DNA from: Endomicrobiia bacterium
Lineage (GTDB): Bacteria; Elusimicrobiota; Endomicrobiia; DTEH01
Assembly (NCBI GenBank): GCA_039630545.1
Contig: JBCNUU010000002.1
Span: 1-64,000 of the forward strand
DNA: 64,000 nucleotides
Direction of reading: 5' to 3'
Made by a program: the position numbers and the translations under genes. The notes below the pieces were generated by a model. That model was not told the origin of the DNA. It was given only the letters and a program-made list of their open reading frames with translations, and searched no databases. Shown piece by piece: positions 1-9,500 of the stretch. Numbering within the stretch: the first letter of the stretch is position 1; each line of letters opens with the position of its first letter.

Positions 1-2
1 AC

Positions 3-1067
3 AACTATGTTATTACTTTAGATGAGTTGCCTGATTTAGAAGAATATCCCTATACAGAATCTACAACTACCTTTAAATATTATACTCTTAATATAATAAT
101 CAACCCTTCACAAGCAGGAACCGTAACAAGAACTCCGAACAAGACAGTGTTTTTAGAGAACTCAACTGTTACTCTTCAAGCAGTTGCTTTAAGTGGGTAT
201 ATTTTTTCAAACTGGGTTGTTGGCAGTAGTGTTTATACAACAAATCCTATTGTAATAACCATTACTACCAACACAACAGTGACTGCTAACTTTGTTAATA
301 TAACCACTACTCAGACATATATTCTTAATTTAGATATTTATCCTCAAGCAGCAGGGGTGATTTACTATAATCCAACTGGTGGTGTATACATTGCAGGCAC
401 AACTGTAACACTTACAGCGCAGGCAAACAGTGGTTATGTATTTAGTCACTGGAGTGGAGATGTAGGAGGCAGTCAGAATCCTGTAAGTATATTAATGGAT
501 GCAAACAAGACAGTTGTTGCGCATTTTAGTGTGAGTGTATCAACAGATAGTAAGCCTTTTATTGGTAGTATTAATTTATCAACAGGACAGATAGTATCTG
601 GTTTATATAATTTAGTTATTAGTTGTAGTGATGATATAGGGGTATCTAGAGTTGAGGTGTATATAGATGGTAGTTTAGTAGCAACTTTGACATCATCACC
701 TTATAGTTACACAATAGACACGAATAACTTATCTGATGGTAGTCACAATTTATTAGTAGTTGTTTACGACACATCAAATCAGACGCAGACAACAAGTATA
801 AACTTTACAGTGGATAATTCTGGTTCTTTAGATACTTTATTAAAAGATAATTATTTACTGACAGTTAATTCAGATGACAAAAATGAAGTAATAGATTTTG
901 GAGATGATATTGAATGGATAAAAATATATGGAATAAATGGAAAAGTAATTTACGAGTCTTCAGGTGATGTAAATCCAGCATTTACTTCTAAACCCGGCCT
1001 TTATATCTACAAAGCTAAACTTAAAAATGGGAAAATTTTTACAGGAAAAATTCTCGTTTTAAGATAA
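3..1067 (+). CDS. 5'-truncated secreted protein: two InlB-B/Flg_new-like repeats, one Ig-like (Big_7-type) domain and a T9SS-like C-terminal sorting domain
   Basis: Frame is open from position 3 (NYVITLDEL...), so the TTG at 27 is not the real start. Repeats 'TVTLQAVALSGYIFSNW' and 'TVTLTAQANSGYVFSHWSGD'; Ig 'SDDIGVSRVEVYIDG...SPY'; C-terminal 'LTVNSDDKNEVIDF...KPGLYIYK...TGKILVLR'. Confidence 0.8.
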   Translation, partial: NYVITLDELPDLEEYPYTESTTTFKYYTLNIIINPSQAGTVTRTPNKTVFLENSTVTLQAVALSGYIFSNWVVGSSVYTTNPIVITITTNTTVTANFVNITTTQTYILNLDIYPQAAGVIYYNPTGGVYIAGTTVTLTAQANSGYVFSHWSGDVGGSQNPVSILMDANKTVVAHFSVSVSTDSKPFIGSINLSTGQIVSGLYNLVISCSDDIGVSRVEVYIDGSLVATLTSSPYSYTIDTNNLSDGSHNLLVVVYDTSNQTQTTSINFTVDNSGSLDTLLKDNYLLTVNSDDKNEVIDFGDDIEWIKIYGINGKVIYESSGDVNPAFTSKPGLYIYKAKLKNGKIFTGKILVLR

Positions 1068-1125
1068 AAATTATACCTGATAAAATGTTCTTTTAATAAC
1101 ATAAAAACCTTAATTTTACATATTA

Positions 1126-1154
1126 TTGACATAAATGTAATATTTTTGTAAATT
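1126..1154 (+). promoter_or_regulatory. Putative sigma70 promoter for the PilZ gene
   Basis: TTGACA(1126-1131)-N17-TAAATT(1149-1154); G-rich RBS-like GGGGG just upstream of ATG 1194. Confidence 0.55.
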
Positions 1155-1193
1155 TTAATATGTATATCTTAACTCCGGGGGAAAATAAAATAA

Positions 1194-1519
1194 ATGGAAA
1201 GAAGAAAAGCAATAAGGGCCCCAATAAATATGATGTTAGATGTATATAAAAATGGCAAATTAGAAAATTCCTGGCGAGGTTGTGGTTTAGATTTGAGCTT
1301 AAAAGGTATCGCTATTGAAACAGAAGGAGAATTTGAAAAGAATGATGATATTTTAATAAAAATCAGCATTCCTATAGATGTTCAAGGAAAAATAGTCTGG
1401 GTTAAAAAAGAAGGTCAGCTTATAAATACGGAATAAAGTTTTCAAAAATTGGTTTTTTTGAAAAAATGCAGGTTAAGAAATATATTAAAGCAAGACTTCT
1501 TGGAAAATCTTCACAATAA
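1194..1519 (+). pseudogene. PilZ-domain (c-di-GMP-binding) protein with a 1-nt frameshift near 1420
   Basis: RxxxR (RKAIR) and DxSxxG (DLSLKG) motifs in ORF 1194-1436. Another frame from 1421 reads YKYGIKFSKIGFFEKMQVKKYIKARLLGKSSQ* (stop 1517-1519), which fits the last strand and helix of PilZ. Confidence 0.8.
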
Positions 1520-1541
1520 GTTGATTTTTTAATTATTCTCT

Positions 1542-1570
1542 TTGACTAAATATATCTTACATTTTAAAAT
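1542..1570 (+). promoter_or_regulatory. Putative sigma70 promoter for the GH9-AKR unit
   Basis: TTGACT(1542-1547)-N17-TAAAAT(1565-1570). Confidence 0.6.
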
Positions 1571-1674
1571 TTGAAATCCAGAAATGTTTCTATGGGGATA
1601 AAAAATATTATTTTAGTTTAAATACAACAAGTTAATACTTGTATAAATTATAAAATAATCCAAAAAGTAAAAAT

Positions 1675-4647
1675 ATGAAACACACAAAAAATAAAAAGCT
1701 ATACTTAAAAAAATTTTTAATATATTTATTATTTCAATTCTTCATATTTGTAAAATTTCTTTTTTCTCCACCAATCCCTGGTGCACCTCTTATTCGTCTA
1801 AACCAGGCTGGTTATTCAACTGATGACAACTACAAAACAGCAGTGGTATCTGGACTTTCTGGGACTTTCAGTGTTCATAGGTACAATACAGACGAAATGG
1901 TTTTCTCTGGAAACTTAAGTGCTTTAGGCACAGACAGTGTAACTTCTGAGATCTTATATCTTGCTGACTTTTCTGCAGTTAATACTCCTGGAGTTTACTA
2001 TCTCAAAGTTGGTTCTGAAGTTTCACCAAAGTTTGAAATAAGAGATGACCTATATAACAAGGTATTGTACTACACACTGAGAGTTTATGGAGCAAACAGG
2101 TGCGGTCCTTACCATTCCTGGATTCATAAACCCTGTCACACGAAAGATGGTATGATTCGTGGAAGTGGTAAAGAAGGCTCTCTTGCAGGAGGCTGGCATG
2201 ACTGTGGTGACCATGTAAAATTTGGACACACAGTTTTTTATGCTGCTTGTATGCTTTTGTTTGCATATAACAACTGGCCCAATAGATTTGGTGATGTTTA
2301 TGGGATGGAGTACAACGGTACTTACTATAACCCCAACCCTGATGGTATACCTGATGTATTAAATGAAGTTAAAGTTGTAACTGATTATTTATTAAATTTG
2401 TATAACGCTTCAGTTGAAGACGGTTTAATTTCACAAAACAGATTATACTATCAAGTGGGTGACGGAGACGATGATCATACCTGGTGGCACAAACCAGAAA
2501 ACCAGGATAACTTTCCTCAATCTCGTGGAGGTCAACCCAGGGAAGCATGGAGTGATATAGGTGCTGACTTAGCAGGAAGATTTTCTGCTTGTTTAGCAAT
2601 GATGGCTACAGCATACTATAAATTTGATATTGAATATGCCAATAAGTGTCTTGATGCTGCTAAGGTTGTTTATCAAATAGCCAAAAATGTATATGGACAG
2701 ACAGGGAAAAATACAGGTGGAAAAGGTTACTATAGCCCAGATAACCGTGCAGATGACGATATGGCTTTAGCTGCTTTAGAACTCTATAAGGCTACAGGAG
2801 ATTCATTTTATCTTAGAGAAACACAATACTGGATGTATAAAGAGCAAAAATGGCAGTTTTGTTCTTATTATGTTTTGAGTTTTCCTAATGTATTTGCGTT
2901 GGTGTTATACGATTACTACCCGTATGCTTCACCAGTAGATAATGCTCCAGGGGAAATAGACACAAAAGTTGTCACAAAAGATGAGTGTATTGAATGGTTA
3001 GAGAGAGATGTTTTACAGTCGGCACCTGCTGCAGATATATATGGGAGAAAATGGGACTATGGTTGGGGAACTTGTAGATATATGATGGGTGTTGCAGCAA
3101 CAGCAGTTATGGCTTATGACTTATCTTTGAAAAAAGGAACTCCTAACTCTCAGATGTTAAAAATAGCAAAAGACCAGATGAACTGGGTTTTTGGCAGAAA
3201 CCAGTTTGGAATGAGCTTCATTGTAGGAAACAAACAGGACGGATGGCTTACAAGATATCCACAACATCCACACCACAGAGCAGCAAATCCTGACGGAGAA
3301 AATGTCCCGGAACTGCCAACCTACCAGGCTACTGAGCTTACAGGCGCAACTATTGGAGGACCAAAATCCCACACTGACTTTTCAGACAGGTGGAACGACT
3401 ATGTAGCTACCGAGACAGGTGTAGACTACTGGGCAGGAACTCTTGTTACTGTTGCGTACTTTGCAAAACCGGTTTCTACTATAACAGATACTAAACCCAC
3501 TTTAAGTTTTGTTAATCTTCAAAACGGAACCACAGTTCAAGGAAATGTTACTGTTCAAATACAAGCCTCAGATGACAGGGGAGTTTCAAAAATAGAACTT
3601 TATATTTCTAACAATAAAGTTTATGAAGCAATAAATAGTAACTCACTTGTTTATCTCTGGAATACAACTTTATACTCAAACGGAGTTTATCAAATAAAAG
3701 CAACAGCTTATGATACCATAAACCAGTCCTCAGAAAAAACAATTTCAGTTTATGTTCTAAACGGCTTCACCACTCCACCAGATGGAGGTGGAAGTGGAGG
3801 CGGAGGAGGACAACCTCAAGATACACCTCCTTTAGTTATTTTTCAAAACTTAACAAATGGCACTACAGTTTCTGGAAGTATAGAAATAAATGTTTATGTT
3901 TCTGACGATAAAGGAATTACAAATGTACTTTTTTATATAAACAATAATTTAATAGCTACTTATTCTGGAAGTTTTAACTATATTTTTTATTCCACAGGAT
4001 ATCCAAACGGTACACATTATTTAAAAGTTGTAGCTATTGACACACTTCAACAATCTACTACTCAGCAGCTATCAATTTATATAAATAATGTTCCAAATGA
4101 TTTACCACCAACAGTGACAATTTTAACACCACAAAACAACCAGATAATTTCTGGCACTTTTCAGATTACTGCTTCAGCCACAGATGACCATTTAATTAAA
4201 AAAATAGAACTTTACATTAATAACCAGCTGGTTTATACAACAAATTCGGGTTATATCAATTACGATTGGAACACTACTATTTACTTAAACGACACATATT
4301 TTATTAAAGTAGTTGCCTATGACAACAATAACCAAACAGGATACAAACAAATTCAAGTGAGGGTATACAATGATACTTCTCAAAATAATAACCAGCAAGA
4401 AAATTCAGATATAATCAATAAAAATCACTACTTATTAAATTACAACCAACCTGTAGATTTTTCAAAAATAACAAATGATATATTAAAAGTAGAAATATTT
4501 GATGGTAAAGGAAAAGTTATAAAAGCTATTGAAAGCCCTCCGTTTTTATTGAGTTTAGATGATAAATTAAAAATAGGTTTTTATTTATATAAAATAACAA
4601 CAAAAAACAATCAAAAATTCTTTGGCACAATAAAAGTAATTAAATGA
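1675..4647 (+). CDS. GH9 endoglucanase: N-terminal Ig (CelD_N-like), GH9, three Ig-like domains and a C-terminal sorting domain
   Basis: Signal peptide; 'IRLNQAGY'; GH9 motifs 'GGWHDCGDHVKF', 'HPHHRAA' and 'DRWNDYVATETGVDYWA'; three 'ASDD.G..K.E.Y' Ig repeats; C-terminal 'KIGFYLYK...FGTIKVIK'. Confidence 0.92.
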   Translation: MKHTKNKKLYLKKFLIYLLFQFFIFVKFLFSPPIPGAPLIRLNQAGYSTDDNYKTAVVSGLSGTFSVHRYNTDEMVFSGNLSALGTDSVTSEILYLADFSAVNTPGVYYLKVGSEVSPKFEIRDDLYNKVLYYTLRVYGANRCGPYHSWIHKPCHTKDGMIRGSGKEGSLAGGWHDCGDHVKFGHTVFYAACMLLFAYNNWPNRFGDVYGMEYNGTYYNPNPDGIPDVLNEVKVVTDYLLNLYNASVEDGLISQNRLYYQVGDGDDDHTWWHKPENQDNFPQSRGGQPREAWSDIGADLAGRFSACLAMMATAYYKFDIEYANKCLDAAKVVYQIAKNVYGQTGKNTGGKGYYSPDNRADDDMALAALELYKATGDSFYLRETQYWMYKEQKWQFCSYYVLSFPNVFALVLYDYYPYASPVDNAPGEIDTKVVTKDECIEWLERDVLQSAPAADIYGRKWDYGWGTCRYMMGVAATAVMAYDLSLKKGTPNSQMLKIAKDQMNWVFGRNQFGMSFIVGNKQDGWLTRYPQHPHHRAANPDGENVPELPTYQATELTGATIGGPKSHTDFSDRWNDYVATETGVDYWAGTLVTVAYFAKPVSTITDTKPTLSFVNLQNGTTVQGNVTVQIQASDDRGVSKIELYISNNKVYEAINSNSLVYLWNTTLYSNGVYQIKATAYDTINQSSEKTISVYVLNGFTTPPDGGGSGGGGGQPQDTPPLVIFQNLTNGTTVSGSIEINVYVSDDKGITNVLFYINNNLIATYSGSFNYIFYSTGYPNGTHYLKVVAIDTLQQSTTQQLSIYINNVPNDLPPTVTILTPQNNQIISGTFQITASATDDHLIKKIELYINNQLVYTTNSGYINYDWNTTIYLNDTYFIKVVAYDNNNQTGYKQIQVRVYNDTSQNNNQQENSDIINKNHYLLNYNQPVDFSKITNDILKVEIFDGKGKVIKAIESPPFLLSLDDKLKIGFYLYKITTKNNQKFFGTIKVIK

Positions 4648-5597
4648 AATACCGCATATTAGGCAAAACTAACCTGAAAGTTTCCGAGATATGTTATGGA
4701 ACTGCTTTCTGGGGAGGAAGAACAACATATACTCAAGCAAAAGAAATATTTTATTTTTGTATAGATAAAGGAATAAACTTTTTTGACACAGCAGAAGTTT
4801 ATGGAAGCAGGTGGGGCGAAGCAGAAGAGATTCTTGGAGATTTTTTAAAAGAGTCAAAAAAAAGAAAAGACCTGGTTATTTCTACAAAAGTTCATGGATA
4901 TCGTGATGGCAGATACCAAACTAAAAAAGAAATTTTAGAAAGTATAGAAAATTCCCTTAAACGCCTCAAGACCGACTATGTAGATATTTATTTTCTTCAC
5001 TGGCCTGATCCTTTTACTCCAATTGAAGAAGTTTTAGAAACAATGGATAAAGTTGTTAAATCGGGAAAGGCACGCTTTATAGGGATGTCCAATTATATGT
5101 CCTGGGAAGTTTTTCAAGCAATAGAACTATCAAAAAATAAAGGTCTTACTCAACCATATGTTTTACAGGAAATATTTAATATAGTTGACTTTGATGTAAA
5201 CTTTGAAAAATACGAACTTGCAAAAAAGCTAAACCTGGGATATATGGCGTACAGCCCCTTAGCATCTGGATTTCTTACAGGTAAATATAAAAAGGATTTC
5301 ATCCCACCTGATACAAGGGGCTTTATAAAACCTGACTGGGAAGAAAAAAGATGGAAGTGGAGATTTTCTGAATATGGATGGAAAGTACTTCAGGAAGTTG
5401 AAATTTTAGCAAAAAATTATTCCTGTAGTGTTTCGCAGTTATCTTTAGCATTAGTTTTATGTTTTGATACTGTAAGCTGTGTGATAGATGGTTCAAGAAC
5501 AGTAGAACAACTTAAAGAAAACATAAAATGCATTGATCTAAAAATAGATAAAAACGATTTTGAAAAAATTAAAGATTTAAGTTATTTTTTGTTTTAA
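4644..5597 (+). CDS. Aldo/keto reductase
   Basis: 'MKYRILGKTNLKVSEI', 'FFDTAEVYG', 'ISTKV', 'SLKRLKTDYVDIYFLHWPD', 'YSPLASGFLTGKY'; D/Y/K/H tetrad present; ATGA overlap with the GH9 stop. Confidence 0.93.
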   Translation: MKYRILGKTNLKVSEICYGTAFWGGRTTYTQAKEIFYFCIDKGINFFDTAEVYGSRWGEAEEILGDFLKESKKRKDLVISTKVHGYRDGRYQTKKEILESIENSLKRLKTDYVDIYFLHWPDPFTPIEEVLETMDKVVKSGKARFIGMSNYMSWEVFQAIELSKNKGLTQPYVLQEIFNIVDFDVNFEKYELAKKLNLGYMAYSPLASGFLTGKYKKDFIPPDTRGFIKPDWEEKRWKWRFSEYGWKVLQEVEILAKNYSCSVSQLSLALVLCFDTVSCVIDGSRTVEQLKENIKCIDLKIDKNDFEKIKDLSYFLF

Positions 5598-5734
5598 TTT
5601 TTTAAATTACATTATTCTCCAAATTAAACCATTCAATGTATAAAACATCAAATAAATTAGCATTAAAGTTTACCTGCCTTTTAATAACCCTTTAATATAA
5701 TAAATGATCTTTTTTCACCAGGGGGTAAAATTAT

Positions 5735-6357
5735 ATGAAGAAATTATTATACATAATATTTGGTGTAGTTATGTTATATGTGAGTTATCTTTCTTCTGCT
5801 ATAGAATTTAAGATGTATAAAAGCAGTGGTGTTGTGAAGTTTACAAACAAAGAAGGCAGATTAGTAAAGAGGATAGATTTAGGTAAAGTTATAAAGCCGA
5901 GCAAGATACTTATAGGGGATAGATATTTTGAAGCGGAGTTACACATATATACTGCATTTGTAGTTTCAAGCAGTAGCAAGTATGGAGTGTTTATAGAGAG
6001 ACATACCAATGTTGTTGTGCATAATCAGGAGTTTTTTGACTATGTAGGACCTGAAGGGTATTATGAAGGTGCAGGTGAGGTTAATACTGAGGTAAGTTTA
6101 TATGATGAATTTGGGAATTTTAGTTTAAGAAGTATTATAAAGGTGGTGTAAATTGGTTAAGGGGCAATATGATGGTTAGTGATGGTGGCAAAGTAGCATT
6201 GTTAGCAGTAGCTTCCTTTGATGAAGGTGAATATAAAGGTTTATATGGTAAAGTTATGTTGGTATATGACAGCAGCAGTAATGTTATATTAGGTTATCCA
6301 CCAAGGAAGAGATTAGAAGGAGAAAAAAGAGGAAGACCAAAATATAAAGAAGCTTAA
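5735..6357 (+). pseudogene. Frameshifted exported hypothetical protein (ORFs 5735-6151 and 6169-6357 are probably one gene)
   Basis: Signal peptide at 5735. From 6124 the second frame reads FKKYYKGGVNWLRGN straight into the MMVSDGGK of ORF 6169, implying a shift around 6117-6124. Both parts share G/T-rich codon usage. Confidence 0.6.
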
Positions 6358-6557
6358 TTTTTTCTAAAATACTTTGTAAATACTTCGTGAAAAGTTTGTA
6401 TATGTAGATGTTGAAGATTAAGTAAAATTATTTTTTGTTTTTTAACTAATAAATTTGGGGTTCAAATAATTACTTGTTTTAACTTGTATTTTGAAAAAAA
6501 TTTTTGTATTTATTTTAAAAATGGCATAAAACTATAAAAGTTAGGGATATAATTATT

Positions 6558-9500
6558 ATGAAGTTAATATTACTTACTTTTTTAGTGTATGTTTTGTCTT
6601 TACTTCCTCTTTCAGCACAAACTTTTTATTTTTATCTTCCCTGGGATGATTCTTCATCTAATGTTTGTGATATAAGTTGGTTAAACCACAAGCCAGCAGG
6701 AAAGTATGGTTTTGTTTCTGCAGGGACAGATGGACATTTTTATGCAGGCAGTCAACGAATAAAGTTTTTAGGTGTAAACTTTACATCAGATGCTTGTTTT
6801 CCTTTGAAGACACAGGCAGAGCAGGTTGCAAAACGGCTTGCCAAGTTTGGAATAAACATTGCAAGGTTGCATTTTTTAGACAACCCCTGGGGATATTCTA
6901 TCTTTGGTTATGCAGGAACCTACACAACCACAAGAAGTTTTAATCAAGAAGCTTTGGATCGTCTTGATTATTTTATTTCAAAACTTAAAGAAAACGGCAT
7001 ATATGTTAATATAAATTTAGTTGTAGGTCGCAATTTTATGCCTGGTGATGGGCTTCCTTCTTCTATCAACCAGCTTGATTGGAAACAGAAACAAGTGCCT
7101 GCTATGTTTTATGAGCCGATGATAGATCTTCAAAAAGAATATGCTTATAATCTACTTACAAGATTAAACCCTTATACAAGTACATATTATAACAATGAAC
7201 CTGCGGTTGCTATGGTTGAGATAATAAACGAACACGGTTTAATTCAAGGTTGGTTAGATAGGACTATAGATATTTTACCTCAAGAGTTTTCAGAGAATTT
7301 AAGGCAGAAGTGGAACAACTGGCTTGTAAATAAATATCAGACACATTCAAATTTGGTTTCTTCTGGTTGGGCTTTATCTGAACCATTAGGTCAAGAAATG
7401 CTAAAGAACGCTGATTTTTCGCAAGGTTTTACATACTGGAACAGAGAGCAACAAAGTGTTGCAAGGGCATCTTTTACTATAGTAAATGAAGGTCCTAATG
7501 GAGAAAGAGCTGTCAAGATAAAAATAGAAAACACCTCATCTACATCCTGGCATGTTCAGTTTAACCAGCCAGGTTTGGTTGTTTTTTCAACTCGTCCGTA
7601 TACCTTGAGTTTTTATGCTAAAGCAGATAGAAACACTTCAATCAATGTCCAAATAGGACAAGCACATGAGCCATGGCAGATTTTAGGGTTTGACAGGGTA
7701 ATAAATCTTACTACATACTATCAACTTTTTACATTTGAACTTACAGTGTCTAGTGGTGATACAAACGCGAGGGTAAATTTTTCAAATATGTGTAAAGAGT
7801 TAGCTACATATTGGTTAAGTAACATATCATTTAGGCCTGGTGGAAATGTAGGTCTACTTGCTGGTGAGAATCTGGATAATGGGACCGTGGGTATAATAAA
7901 GTATCAAGAAAGGAATCTAAGGACACAGAAAGCTCAAAGGGACTGGATTGAGTTTTTGCATCAACTTGAAGAAAACTTCTGGCTTACGATGTATGACTAT
8001 TTAAAGAATACTGTTGGTATAAAATGTGCAATTACTGGGACCACGGTTGGTCTTACATCTGTGCCAAATATAATGTCAAAGCTTGATTTCGTGGATACTC
8101 ATTCTTACTGGCATCACCCGGTGTTTCCTGGAACTGCCTGGAATATGAATAACTGGTATGTAACAAACGCAACTTTGGTGAAAGATCTTGACGGTGGAAC
8201 CATATCTGAGATGGCTATGAGGAGAGTTTATGGTAAACCTTTTACTGTGACTGAGTATAACCATCCTGCACCAAACACATTTTCTGCTGAATGTTTTATA
8301 TTTTTAGCTGCATATGCTGCTTTTCATGATTGGGATGGAATTTTTGGTTATACTTATTCACATAGCACAAGCTTTGATACTAAAAGAATTACAGGATTCT
8401 TTGATTTACACCAGCATCCGGTTCAGTTTGCTTCTTTTATACCGGCAGCTCTTATATATAGGAGGGGAGACATTTCTTCATCTAATGGAAATTATGTAGT
8501 TGTAAATGTCACAAAGCAGGATGAGATAAACCAAGCTTTAACCACCTGGGCTTGGAGATTAATCCATGCAAATGATTTAGGTCTTAATAGAAGAACTGCT
8601 ATGTTGTATAAAACAGCTATGATAGTTGAAGGAGGTCCTCAACCCCAAAATTATCTTACACCGTCTCAGGTTCAGCTGCCTACTAACAACTACTATGTCT
8701 CAGATACTAACGAGTTAAAGTGGGACACCTCTAATGGTGTATTTATAGGTGATGCTTCAAAGGTTAAGTTTTTAGTTGGGTATTTACAAAACCAGGAATA
8801 TACATTGTCTGATAACATAGTAATAAGGAATGTTAATTCTATTCAAAACAAATGGGCTGTTATCACTTTAAATTCCATAGATGGAAAAACATTTTCTGAA
8901 CTAAATTCAACTACAACAACAGGACAAATTTTAATAACAGCATTAGGTGCTTGTGGAAATCCTGGCATGAACTGGATGGTATATCCTAACACTCCTATAT
9001 CTTTTCCTCCACCTGTAAACCAGAATATCACAGTTGGCAACCAGTGGGGTGGTTCTACTTCGTTTGTTGAGGGTATAAGCTGTGACATAGTTTTACCATA
9101 TTTAGCTTCAAGAGTAAAAGTATATGCATTAGACAACACAGGTGCAAGAAAGACAGTCGTGCCCATAACTGTAGAAAACAACAAAGCAAAGTTTACAATT
9201 TCGCATATTTATCAAACTTTATGGTATGAAGTTGAAGTTTCTACAACAGAAACAACACAAATCGTAGACAATCCTCCAAACCTGACAATTGTTTCTCCTG
9301 GAGATAATTCTATAGTTTTTTCAACAGTGGCTATAAGAGCATCTGCTTCTGACGATTTTGGTGTGTCAAAAGTGGAGTTTTATATAGACAACTTACTTGT
9401 TTATACGGACAACCTTTCTCCTTATGAGTTTATTTGGCATACTACTTCTACAACCAACGGTTTACATTATATAAAAGCAATAGCTTATGATACGCTTAAT

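Noticed and set aside
3769..3820. GGA/GGT-rich stretches here and at about 30280-30520 as DNA repeats or CRISPR
   Set aside because: They encode Gly-rich linkers in frame; there is no repeat-spacer structure.
6522..6537. Sigma54 promoter (TGGCAT) upstream of the GH5-like gene, tempting given the NtrC gene
   Set aside because: The -12 position reads TATAA and lacks the required TTGC.
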